Shown piece after piece: positions 39,708-49,500 of a stretch of DNA of 56,233 bases. The DNA is from Armatimonadia bacterium. Its GTDB lineage: Bacteria; Armatimonadota; Zipacnadia; Zipacnadales; UBA11051. Both the position numbers and the translations under genes were made by a program. Below the pieces are notes generated by a model, which was not told the DNA's origin, did not search any database, and was given only the letters and a program-made list of their open reading frames with translations. How positions within the stretch are numbered: position 1 is the first letter of the stretch; each line of letters begins with the position of its first letter. The DNA lies in contig JBDKRC010000083.1 of NCBI GenBank assembly GCA_039683575.1, positions 1 through 56,233 on the forward strand, written 5' to 3'.

Positions 39708-41263
39708 GCCTTTTCACCCCCGGGACGTGCCTCAGGCGGCTCGCACACATCCGGATCGTTGAGCGGAGTGGGCATCTGCCATGCCCGCCCGTCCCGCGCT
39801 ATTAACGCCTCGCCGGTCTCTGGCCCCCACGTGCCGGCGGCATAGTTCGGGAAGTCCTCGGCTACCTCGGACCAGCCCTCGATGATGGGCATGACGATGG
39901 CCCACGAGGCCTCGACCTGGTCCCGGCGCTTGAAGAGCGTGGCATCCCCAATCATCGCGTCCGCCAGCAGCGTCTCGTACGCCTGCGCGGGCTCACGGTG
40001 GAAGGCCTGCTTGTAACTGAACTGCATATCCACGGGGCTGAGCTTCATCCCCTGTCCCGGACGCTTGGCATAGAACCGCAGCCGGATGCCTTCCTCCGGA
40101 TCAATGTAGAGCACCAGCCGGTTCATCTGATAGCTGCCGATTGCGGAGGGGGGGAACGCCTGGTGCGGCGCGGGGCGGAAGTTGATGCTGACCTCCGACA
40201 CTGTCTGCGCCATCCGTTTGCCCGTGCGCAGGTAGAACGGCACGTCCTGCCAGCGCCAGTTATCGATGAAGAGCTTGACGGCCGCGTAGGTCTCGGTGTC
40301 AGACTGCGGATCGACACCTGGCTCCTGGCGATACCCCGGCACCTTCTCGCCCTCGATCCAACCCGGGCCGTACTGCCCGCGGGCGGTGAAGTCATGCACT
40401 TGCGCCACCTCGATCGGCCGCACAGCCCGCAGAACTTCCACTTTCTTGTCGCGGATGGTATCGGCCTCAAAAGCGACCGGGGCGTCCATGGCGGTCAGGC
40501 ACATCACCTGCATCAGATGGTTCTCGATCATGTCCCGCAAGGCGCCGGTTTTCTCGTAGTACGGCCCCCGGTGCTCCACGCCCAGCTTCTCAGGCATGTT
40601 GATCTGCACGTGGTCCACGTAGCGACGGTCCCAGATGGGCTCGAAGATGCCATTGGCAAAGCGCAGGGCGAGGATGTTTTGGACGGTCTCCTTGCCCAGG
40701 AAGTGGTCGATGCGGAAGATCTGGGATTCATCGAACGCTGTTGCCAGCTTGCGATTGAGCTCGGCCGCGGAATTGGCATCCCAACCAAAGGGCTTCTCCA
40801 GTACTATCCTGCTCTTCTGGCGGTCCTGCGCCAGCCCGGCGGCCTTTAGCTGTTCAATCAGGCCCTCGACCACCGAGGGCGGCGTCGCCTGGTAGAACAG
40901 TCGGACCGCGTTGCCCTGCCACTGCTGGTTCAGTTCGTCCAGCTTCTGACTTATCTTCTCGTACAGCTTCCTGTCAGTCAGGTCCGCGACGACATAGTCG
41001 TTGATGCACTTGAGAAATGCCTGCCACTGCTTCGTCTCGGTCTTGCCAAACCTCGAAAACTCGTCAGTGCCGTCGCGCAACTGTCTGATGAAGTCTTTCG
41101 GTGACATTTCCCGAGCGTCGGTGCCAATCAGCGCGAACTTGTCAGGTAGTCCGCCGTCAAGGTACAGGTCATACAGGGCGGGCACTAACTTGCGCTTAGT
41201 GAGGTCGCCACCGGCGCCGAATATCACCAGTACAACGGGGTCAGGGTACTGCAGCTTCTCCAA
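39704..41263 (-). CDS. zwf: Glucose-6-phosphate 1-dehydrogenase
   Basis: IFGAGGDL, EKPFG, RIDHFLGKE, GALRDMIENH and WQDVPFYLRTGKR. TTG start follows GAGGGAGG. Confidence 0.95.
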   Translation of the reverse strand: MEKLQYPDPVVLVIFGAGGDLTKRKLVPALYDLYLDGGLPDKFALIGTDAREMSPKDFIRQLRDGTDEFSRFGKTETKQWQAFLKCINDYVVADLTDRKLYEKISQKLDELNQQWQGNAVRLFYQATPPSVVEGLIEQLKAAGLAQDRQKSRIVLEKPFGWDANSAAELNRKLATAFDESQIFRIDHFLGKETVQNILALRFANGIFEPIWDRRYVDHVQINMPEKLGVEHRGPYYEKTGALRDMIENHLMQVMCLTAMDAPVAFEADTIRDKKVEVLRAVRPIEVAQVHDFTARGQYGPGWIEGEKVPGYRQEPGVDPQSDTETYAAVKLFIDNWRWQDVPFYLRTGKRMAQTVSEVSINFRPAPHQAFPPSAIGSYQMNRLVLYIDPEEGIRLRFYAKRPGQGMKLSPVDMQFSYKQAFHREPAQAYETLLADAMIGDATLFKRRDQVEASWAIVMPIIEGWSEVAEDFPNYAAGTWGPETGEALIARDGRAWQMPTPLNDPDVCEPPEARPGGEKA

Positions 41264-41291
41264 AACGCCGCCCTCCCTCACTTGCCTCGCG

Positions 41292-42791
41292 CTAATCGGC
41301 CTTCTGGCCCGGTCCCTCGTTGTTGGCGCGCGCCTCTCTGCCGGCCAAAGCTCCGGCACCGACCAGGGGCTCGCCCTCCTCCCACGCGGTGTGGAAATGC
41401 CCCTTCTTGTCCGTCCGTTCGTAGGTGTGAGCCCCGAAATAGTCGCGCTGCGCAGCGATGAGGTTGTCCGGCAGCCAATTGCTACGCAAGGTATCGTAGT
41501 ATGCCAGGGCAGTCATGAAACCCGGGGCGGGGAGGCCGCTACGGCCAGCCACCAGTGCCACCTCCCGCAGATCGTCCTGTCGCTCGTTCAGTTCCGCACT
41601 GATGACCGGCGAAAGCAGCAGGCTGAGTAGGTCTGGCTGCTCGGCGTAGGCCTGCCTGACCTTTCCCAGAAGCTTCGCCCGGATAATGCATCCGCCGCGC
41701 CAGATACGGGCGACGTGCTCAAGATCCAGCCCGTAGTCATAGGCTTCGGAGGCGACACGAAGCTGGTCCATGCCGTTCGCGTATGAGATCAGGAACCCCG
41801 CGTAGAGAGCAGCACCGAGCTTGTTCAGGAACTCCAGGCGGTCACATTCCAGACGTCCGCGCGGCCCCTTGAGAACCTGGCTGGCCAGTTGCCGCTGCGG
41901 TAACATCATCGACAAGTCGCGCATTTCCACCGCGGCGTCGATGATCGGGATCGCCTGGTGTAGCTCCATGGCATCCTGAGACGCCCACATACCAGTGCCT
42001 TTTTGATTGGCGACGTCGCGGATGACGTCAATCAGCCGCTGCCCTGTGCCTTCGTCGCTTCGGCAGAAGATGTTGGAGGTGACCTCGACCAGGTAACCAC
42101 CGAGGTCACCCTCATTCCAACCCGCGTAGACGTCATGAAGTTCATCATCGTTCAGGCCCAGCCCGCGCTTCATGAGGTCGTACCCCTCGGCAATCAGTTG
42201 CATCAGAGCGTACTCGATGCCATTGTGCATCATCTTCACGTAGTGACCGGCCGAACCAGGGCCGAGGTACGTCACGCAGGGCTCATCGTCGACTTTGGCC
42301 GCCGCCGCCTCCAGCATCGGCCGCACGCGGTCATAGGCCTGCCGCGGGCCGCCGGGCATGATACTCGGCCCCTGGCGAGCGCCTTCCTCGCCGCCTGAGA
42401 TGCCAACACCGAGGAAGTGCAGCCCCTTCTCCGACAGCGCCTTCTCACGCAGATTGGTGTCGCTGAAGTGTGAATTGCCCCCGTCGATGATGATGTCCCC
42501 TTGCTGTAGATGTGGCAGCAGGTCGCGGATCACCGCATCAACCGGTGGCCCCGCAGGCACCAGCATCATCACCACCCGGGGCTTTTTGAGCAGCTTTATC
42601 AGCCCTTCCAGGCTGTCCACCGCGTCAATTCGGCGGGTCTCGCTGTGATCGCCAAGTCCCTTGAGCTTGCTCGGATCCTTGTCGTATCCGGCCACCGCAT
42701 ATCCATGATCTTCGAGATTCAGTGACAAATTCAGGCCCATGACGCCCAGGCCAATCATCCCCAGATCAACGCTCTGTTCTTCTCCCATCAC
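41292..42791 (-). CDS. gnd: 6-phosphogluconate dehydrogenase, decarboxylating (long-chain)
   Basis: GLGVMG, IDGGNS, SGGEEGA, VKMMHNGIEY, KGTG, WRGGCIIR and QRDYFGAHTY. Confidence 0.95.
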   Translation of the reverse strand: MMGEEQSVDLGMIGLGVMGLNLSLNLEDHGYAVAGYDKDPSKLKGLGDHSETRRIDAVDSLEGLIKLLKKPRVVMMLVPAGPPVDAVIRDLLPHLQQGDIIIDGGNSHFSDTNLREKALSEKGLHFLGVGISGGEEGARQGPSIMPGGPRQAYDRVRPMLEAAAAKVDDEPCVTYLGPGSAGHYVKMMHNGIEYALMQLIAEGYDLMKRGLGLNDDELHDVYAGWNEGDLGGYLVEVTSNIFCRSDEGTGQRLIDVIRDVANQKGTGMWASQDAMELHQAIPIIDAAVEMRDLSMMLPQRQLASQVLKGPRGRLECDRLEFLNKLGAALYAGFLISYANGMDQLRVASEAYDYGLDLEHVARIWRGGCIIRAKLLGKVRQAYAEQPDLLSLLLSPVISAELNERQDDLREVALVAGRSGLPAPGFMTALAYYDTLRSNWLPDNLIAAQRDYFGAHTYERTDKKGHFHTAWEEGEPLVGAGALAGREARANNEGPGQKAD

Positions 42792-42818
42792 ACACTCCCC
42801 AGCGGTCCGGCTGCGGCG

Positions 42819-43427
42819 TTAGCGCAGACCAAGCTCTGCCAGCGCCGCCCGCGTGCTTTCGAGATCGACATGGCGCACCGCCGTCAATCCGAACTCCCGC
42901 GCCACCTCAACGAACATCTCCCGATCCTCCAGATAGACTGATTCCGAGAGGCTGGCCTGCGCCACGTCAACCGCGATCCGGTAGATGTCGAAGTCGGGCT
43001 TGCGGTAATGGACGAAGCACGAGGCAACGAAGATATCGATCAATTCGCGCAGGTTGAACGCCTTCACCCGATGCTCAACCAACTCGCGAGGGTCATTGGT
43101 AACGGCCACCACCTGCAGTCGGTGCCGCACTTTGAGTTCGCGCACCAGGCCAATAACGTCTTCATGTGGCTGGGATTGGTCGAACATGAACTTCGCAAAG
43201 TCCTCGGGCGTGAAAGACTGTTCGGTATAGAAGATCACGCGTCTCAGGTACGTCGTCAGATCCGTCTTTCCCGCCTCCCACGCGCCAAAAGCCAGACTGT
43301 GTCGCTCCTCCACCTCGTCGTGGTCCAAATGGAAGGCCTCGATGGCACGAGCGCGTGCGTGGCGGTCCCACCCATTGGTTAGCAGCACGCCACCAAGGTC
43401 CACGAAGAGGGTCTTGATTGTCTGCAT
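42819..43427 (-). CDS. HAD-family phosphatase (YihX-like)
   Basis: FVDLGGVLL, TN, RKPD and YLEDR motifs; GGAGG RBS. Confidence 0.88.
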   Translation of the reverse strand: MQTIKTLFVDLGGVLLTNGWDRHARARAIEAFHLDHDEVEERHSLAFGAWEAGKTDLTTYLRRVIFYTEQSFTPEDFAKFMFDQSQPHEDVIGLVRELKVRHRLQVVAVTNDPRELVEHRVKAFNLRELIDIFVASCFVHYRKPDFDIYRIAVDVAQASLSESVYLEDREMFVEVAREFGLTAVRHVDLESTRAALAELGLR

Positions 43428-43733
43428 GAGTACCCACCTCCGAGGCCGGTAGCCTTGCCTGCAGGCCGCGCAGCACTTCCAGCTAGGACGCGCTGCGAGC
43501 CGACATGGGTCATTTCGGGAATAATGGGGCCGCCCCCCTGACTCTTTCTAAAGTAGCAATTTCGGTCTATTGTGAAAGAAGTGGGAATGGGGAGGGCGAA
43601 TATCCACATCCGTCGCACGGTCTGGCTATAGTATTGGATGCAGAGGTGGAAGATGGCGCAGACGCGACAGACGTATGATTCTGAACCGCCGGTTCTCGAA
43701 GGGGTAAAAGGCGGCGCAGAAGGGAGGCAACAA

Positions 43734-44630
43734 TCGGGGGGGCGGGCCCGGCGGCTGACCGACGGCTTCCTGCAGTTGCAGAGCCACTACTGCTTTGCCG
43801 AGCACTTTTGCAGGGTGAACCGGCCCAATGAGAAGGGCGTGGTGGAGGGGACGGTCAAGTTCGCGCGGCTCAAGTGCTTGGTGCTGGTGCCGCAGGCGCA
43901 AGACCTCGAGGAACTCAACGCGCGGCTGACCGACCAATGCCGCCAGGATCTGTGCCGTACGCTACGCGGCCAGAAAGCCAGCAAAGCCGTGCTGCTGGGC
44001 CAAGACCAGGCGGCGTTTTCGCCGCTGCCGCAAGTCTCCTTCGATGCCTGCCGCAAAGTGCTGACCCGGGCCTGTTCGCTGTCGCTGGTGCGCTTCGATA
44101 CCAATGACTACTCCGTGCCCACGACCTACGCCCACCATGACCTGCTGGTGAAGGGCTACGTGGACCGGGTGGAGGTGTGCTGCGCCGATCAGGTAATCGC
44201 ACAGCATCAGCGGTGCTGGGGCCGCGAGGAGTACTGCCTGGAGCCGCTGCACTACCTGGCCTTGCTGGAGCGCAAGCCGGGGGCTCTGGACTATGGCCGG
44301 CCCTTCGCCGACTGGGACTTGCCGGAGTGCTTCGCGGTGCTGCAGGCGCGGCTGGAGCACGAGTTTGGCGGGGAGGGGACGCGGGAGTACATCCGCGTCC
44401 TGAAACTGCTGGCGGATCATTCGCTGGCCGATCTGGCCCGGGCCATCGAACGGAGCCTGCGCTGTAACGCCCTGGTCCGCGATGCCATCGCCCAGTTCCT
44501 GATACCCCAGGAAGACTGGCGGCACGGCACCTTCCGCCTCGACGGCCGCGAGCACCTGCGGCAGGTGCAGGTGGCCCAGACCGAGGTAGCCGCCTACGCC
44601 GCCCTGATGGGGGGAGGCGGGGCGCCATGA
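43734..44630 (+). pseudogene. istA: IS21-family transposase IstA, 5'-truncated
   Basis: FLQLQSHY.F..HFC...PNEKGVVEG, VRFDTNDYSVP and HYLALLERKPGALD. The N-terminal HTH and most of the catalytic core are absent. Confidence 0.85.
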
Positions 44631-45412
44631 GCGAGGGCAAGTCCACCGTACTTTTACAGCACTACCTCAAGCAACTCAAGCTGCCCAGTGTCCTGCGCGA
44701 ATACGAGAAACTGGCGACCGTCTGCCAGCAGGAGCGGGCTGACTACCAGACCTACCTCTTGCGCCTGGCCGAAGTCGAGATGGCCGATCGCGAGCGACGG
44801 GTCGCCGAGCGGCGCGTCAAAGCGGCGCGCTTCCCGGTGCTCAAGACGCTGGATACCTTTGACTTCAAGGCCCAACCGGCACTCAACCAGGAGTTGGTGC
44901 GCCAGCTCTTGCGCGGCGAGTACCTCGATAAGCGCGAGAACGTGCTCTTCATCGGCAACAGCGGCACCGGCAAGACGCATCTGGCGACCGCCTTAGCTTT
45001 CGCTGCCTGCCAGCAGGGCCGCAGCGTGCGCTTCTTCTCCGCCACCGGGCTCGTCACGCAACTGCTGGAAAAGAGACAGGATCGGGAACTGGAACGGTTC
45101 CAAAGACAGCTCGAGCGGCTGGAGCTGATCGTGCTGGATGAGCTGGGCTACGTGCCCTTCTCCAAAGCCGGCGCCGAGCTGCTGTTCGACGTAGTGGGCC
45201 GCGCCTACGAACGCACCAGCCTGATCCTGACCACCAACCTGCCCTTTGAGGAGTGGACCGAGATCATGGGCAGCGAGCGTTTGACGGGCGCGCTCTTGGA
45301 CCGGCTCACCCACCGGGTGCACATCCTGGAGGCCAACGGCCCCAGCTGCCGGCTGGCGGAGGCCAAACGGCGACTGAAGGCGCCGGGAGGCAAGGCCAAG
45401 CCTGGGGGCTGA
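44627..45412 (+). CDS. istB: IS21-family helper ATPase IstB
   Basis: LKQLKLP, ARFP, Walker A GNSGTGKT, Walker B VLDELG and ALLDRLTH; ATGA overlap with istA. Confidence 0.95.
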   Translation: MSEGKSTVLLQHYLKQLKLPSVLREYEKLATVCQQERADYQTYLLRLAEVEMADRERRVAERRVKAARFPVLKTLDTFDFKAQPALNQELVRQLLRGEYLDKRENVLFIGNSGTGKTHLATALAFAACQQGRSVRFFSATGLVTQLLEKRQDRELERFQRQLERLELIVLDELGYVPFSKAGAELLFDVVGRAYERTSLILTTNLPFEEWTEIMGSERLTGALLDRLTHRVHILEANGPSCRLAEAKRRLKAPGGKAKPGG

Positions 45413-45609
45413 AGCGGCCGGGCCTATGGATAAGCCGTGCACAGCCGGTGGACAGCCCGCGCTCGATGCTTGGGGGCCTCACTGCGGCCTGTCCACCGGC
45501 TGCACACCGCTCGCCCACCAGCCCCGGCCACCCCATATCCACAGGCCCTGGGGTAGCGGCCCGAGCTCGAAAACGGCATGCAGGCCAAAACAGGCGGCAA
45601 ACCAGCAGC

Positions 45610-45638
45610 TTGACACCCGCCGTAGGGCGGGCTATATA
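45610..45638 (+). promoter_or_regulatory. Outward-facing sigma70-like promoter inside the IS21 right end
   Basis: TTGACA (45610-45615), 17-bp spacer, TATATA (45633-45638). Confidence 0.5.
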
Positions 45639-45967
45639 ACGGGGGCACTGCCTCCCATTTGCTCCGCCAACCGCCTCCCAATTGCTCCGCCATTTTCAGA
45701 GCACGAGAAGACGCCTTGAGTGCTGGCGGAACGAGCATCGTAGTACTTTCCCCCCCCTGCCACCCGCGACGCTCCTGACGCGATTGTTGCACATGCATTC
45801 TGCACTGAAGTCGGCAGAACCCCTCGCCACGCCTCACACCTACTTCCCCGGTTGCGGAGCTTTCTTTTATCTTGCCCGAGTCATCTCCCGCCCTGTCTCG
45901 ACTAAGCCAATGTAAGCAGCAAACAGTTCGCTCTTAAAGAGCACAGCGAGACAGGGAGGCAACCTCA

Positions 45968-46324
45968 GTGAAGAACTTGGCCAAGCTCATCGTCCTCGGA
46001 GCCGTCTGCAGCATGCTTTTCGTCGCAATCGTACCGGCCCACGCCACCGTCCTGGAGACCGGCAGCATCGCCGCCGGAGAGGTGGACATCTACAAGGTAG
46101 ACCTTCGCGCTGGTGTAACCTACAGCATCGGCGCAATCGCGGGCAACAGGGGCGCCGATCTGGACCTGCTGGTGCTGGACGCGGATGCCAACGTCAGGAC
46201 CGCCGACACCGGTTCCAGCCCGGATGCCGCCGTCCGCTTCACCCCCTCCTACAGCGGAACCTACTACCTCAGCGTCGTCGCTTCCTCGGGCTCCACCGAA
46301 TACCTCGTCATGGTAGCGCCGTAG
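45968..46324 (+). CDS. Small secreted protein with a PPC (pre-peptidase C-terminal)-like domain
   Basis: GGAGG RBS; signal peptide ending AHA; motifs D.Y...L.AG..Y, DLDL.VLD and FTP..SGTYYL.V. Confidence 0.75.
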   Translation: MKNLAKLIVLGAVCSMLFVAIVPAHATVLETGSIAAGEVDIYKVDLRAGVTYSIGAIAGNRGADLDLLVLDADANVRTADTGSSPDAAVRFTPSYSGTYYLSVVASSGSTEYLVMVAP

Positions 46325-46351
46325 CCGACAACCGGTGCCGCAAAGCACAGC

Positions 46352-46385
46352 GCGGCGGAGACCTCAATGGTCTCCGCCGCATTTT
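46352..46385 (+). terminator. Rho-independent terminator
   Basis: GCGGCGGAGACC-TCAAT-GGTCTCCGCCGC-ATTTT. Confidence 0.7.
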
Positions 46386-46512
46386 CATTGTGACCGCCCA
46401 GCACGGGGGGCCCCCCAGGTGAGTTTGCCTGTAGCAGCAGCCACTGCGGACCCGCAGCACACACATCGGACGCGCGCGCTATCCTCGTCGTTTGGCGGGA
46501 GCACCCCAATCC

Positions 46513-49500
46513 CTAAGGCATCAGGGCCTGCACACGCTTCTGGGCTTCGCCTGAGTATGGGCCAGCTGGTTGGGCTTTGACGTAGGCCTGATACTCCTTT
46601 ACCGCCTCGGGCTTCTTGCCCGCACTGTCGTAGAGCAGCCCCAGACAGAAATGTGCCAGGGCCAGCTCTGGCCGCTTGGCGAGCAGATCGATCAGGTCCT
46701 TGTCACACCCTACGTCCAACGCCTTCTGCGGGCCGGTCTGGACCAGCCGACGGTACTGCGCCACGGCCTCCTCATCCTTGCCGTACGCCAGGAGGGCGAC
46801 GGCGAGGTTGCCAGTCAGGTACTCACTGTCGGGGAACCGCTTCAGGCCGTCCGCGTCTGCTGTCGCAGCCTCCCCCAGACGCCCCGCCAGATACAGATAC
46901 CAGCCGAGATTGACCCAACCGGTTCTGAAGCTCGGGTCGAGTTCCGTGGCCCGCCGTGCGTCGGCAATCGCCTTGTCGTACTGCTTCAGTTCACCGTAGA
47001 CGGCTCCCCGATTGAGGTAGGCCATCGCATACTTGGGGTCAAGTTCAAGCGCCTTACTGTAATCGGCGAGGGCCCGCTCCCAGTCACCTTGGTTCTGGTA
47101 GACGCAACCACGCTGGAAACAGTAGTCAGAATCGCGCGGCTGCAATTCCACGGCTTTGGTGAGGTCCGCAATGGCCCGGTCATACTCCTTGCGGGAATGG
47201 TACACGTCTCCCCGATTGCGGTAAGCTGCCGCAAACTTGGGGTCAAGCTCAAGCGTCTTGCCGTAGTCGGCAAGGGCGTGTTCCCAATCACCCATATTAT
47301 GATAGACGCGGCCCCGTTCGAAGCAGTAGTCAGGATCACGTGGCTGCAATTCGACTCCTCTGGTGAAGTCCGCAATTGCCCGGTCGTACTCCTTGCGCTC
47401 ATGGTACACTGTCCCGCGGCCGTAGTAGGCCAGGGCGCACCCGGCATCCAGCTCGATTACCGTGCTGAAGTCCGCGATAGCGCCGGTGTGGTCGCCCTTG
47501 TGGTAACGCGCCCAACCCCGGTTGTAGTAGCCATCGACATAGTTGGGGAACAACTCAATGGCCTTCGTGTAGTCAGCGATGGCATGGTCATACTGCTCCT
47601 GGTCATAGAAGACGTTCCCGCGGTTGTAGTAGGCCCAAGCGTAATCGGGCTTGAGTTCTAAGGCCCTCGTCAGATCGGCCAGGGCTTTGGCATAGTCGTC
47701 TTTGGCCTTGAAGGCGACGCCCCGCCGGGCGTAGTAGGAGGCCTCAGCGGGTTTGAGTTCGATGGCCTTGGTGTAGTCGGCCACTGCCAGATCGTAGCTG
47801 CCCTTCGCGGAGTATGCCTCGCCCCGGCCACCATAGTAGGAAGGATCCTTGTCATCCAGCGCGATGGCCCGAGTGTAGTCAGCAAGCGCCAAGTCAGTAT
47901 CGCCCTGCTTGGCGTACGCTCCGGCACGAACTGCATGCGCAAAATCATCCTTCGGCGACAGATCGAGGGCCTGGCTCAGATCAGCGATGGCGCGGTCATA
48001 CTGCTTGCTGTCATAGTAGGCAAAGCCCCGCCAGCGATACACGTCGGTTAGCTTGGGGTCCAGTTCCAGCGCCTTGTCATAGTCGCTTACCGCGCGGCCG
48101 GAGTCGCCGCGGACGGAGTAGGAGCGACCGCGCCAGAATCGGGCCTCGGCGCTCTTCGGGTCCAGTTTGCATGCTGTATCTAGACTGGCGATCGCCTTTT
48201 CGTAATCGTCCTTCCAGTAATAGGCTTCCCCCAGACCAAGATGAGCCTTCGCATCTCCGGGATTAGCTTCGATGGCCTTGGCGCATTCGGCAACGGTGCG
48301 ACCATGGCCCGTCCATTTCTTCTGCATATCGCGGTATAGCTCTGCTTCTTCAAGTCTGGCGTCAGAGTCCTGGAGCATCTTTTGCAGCTTCTGCAGAGTG
48401 GCCGCAGCCGCGACCGCCTTCTTCTGAGCCACCGCGCGCTCACGCATGCGCTGGATACTCTCATCCCCAGGGTCCAACTGCAGGGACTTGTCAAAATCCG
48501 CGATGGCCAGGTCGTACTCCTTCTGGTCGGAGTAGGCGAGCCCTCGGATGCTATAGGCTGGAGCGTAGTTGGGGTCAAGTTCAACCGCTTTGCTTAGGTC
48601 AGCAATGGCGTGCTCATAGTCCTTCTTCTGCAGATACACGCGACCCCGGCCATTGTATTTCAGGGGATCTTGAGGCGCGAGTTCGACGGCCTTGTTGTAG
48701 TCTTTCAGTGCTTGGTCAAGGTCCCCCTTGCCCTCGTAAGCACTCCCCCTGGAACTGTACAGCAAGGCATTCACGGGATCTTGCTCCAACAATTTGTTGT
48801 AGTCCGCTATGGCCAGGTCGTACTTACCCAGTTCCACGTACACCATGTCGCGGAAAGCCATAGCGAGCGGGCCCACGGTCTTGGGATCAAGCTCGATGGC
48901 CTTGGTGGCATCGGCGATAGCCTTGTCGTACTCGTCATTCTTCCAATACGCGAGTCCACGGAACACATAGGCCAACGCGTCCTTGGGGTCAAGTTCCGTG
49001 GACTTGGCTATGTCAGCGCGCGCCCGCTCCCACTGACCTTTCTTAGCGTAAGCAAAACCGCGCATAATCCAGGCAGCGATGGTGTTGGGGTCAAGCTCAA
49101 TCGCTTTGCTCACATCAGCGATGGCGGGATCGTACTGTCCCTGTTGGAGCTTCGCCATACCTCTGATGACATATGCCTTGGTGTAGCTAACATCCAGTTC
49201 CAGCGCCTTTGTGCAAGATGCGACAGTCCGCTCGTAGTCACCCATGCCAGCGTAGGAGTTCGCCAGGTGATGGTATGTCACGGCGTCCTGCTTGCCCAAA
49301 CGCAAGGCCTCCTCATACTCGGGGACCGCGTCGGCGAACCGGCGGACAAAAAGCAACTGTTCGGCTCGTTCGTAATGGGCCGCCGCCGCCGCCCGGTCGG
49401 CTCTGGTCACAAAGCCCTGCGTCGCCTGCTCATAGGCGGCCTGCAATTGCTTCTCTTTCGCCTGCCAATCCCGTTGCAGGGCCTCCGACGTGGCTCCGCC

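Larger units (their letters stand above)
43734..45698 (+). mobile_element. Partial IS21-family insertion sequence (left end lost, right end intact)
   Basis: istA'-istB, then the tandem terminal repeats GCCTCCCATTTGCTCCGCCA (45650-45669) and GCCTCCCAATTGCTCCGCCA (45673-45692), ending in ...TTTTCA at 45698. Confidence 0.8.

Noticed and set aside
43571-43590. Rex or Crp/Fnr box upstream of the respiratory operon (TTGTGAA)
   Set aside because: Only a half-site is present, with no matching inverted half.
45650-45692. CRISPR-like direct repeats
   Set aside because: There are only two 20-bp copies 3 bp apart at an IS21 end, consistent with transposase-binding repeats. No cas genes or arrays were seen in the window.
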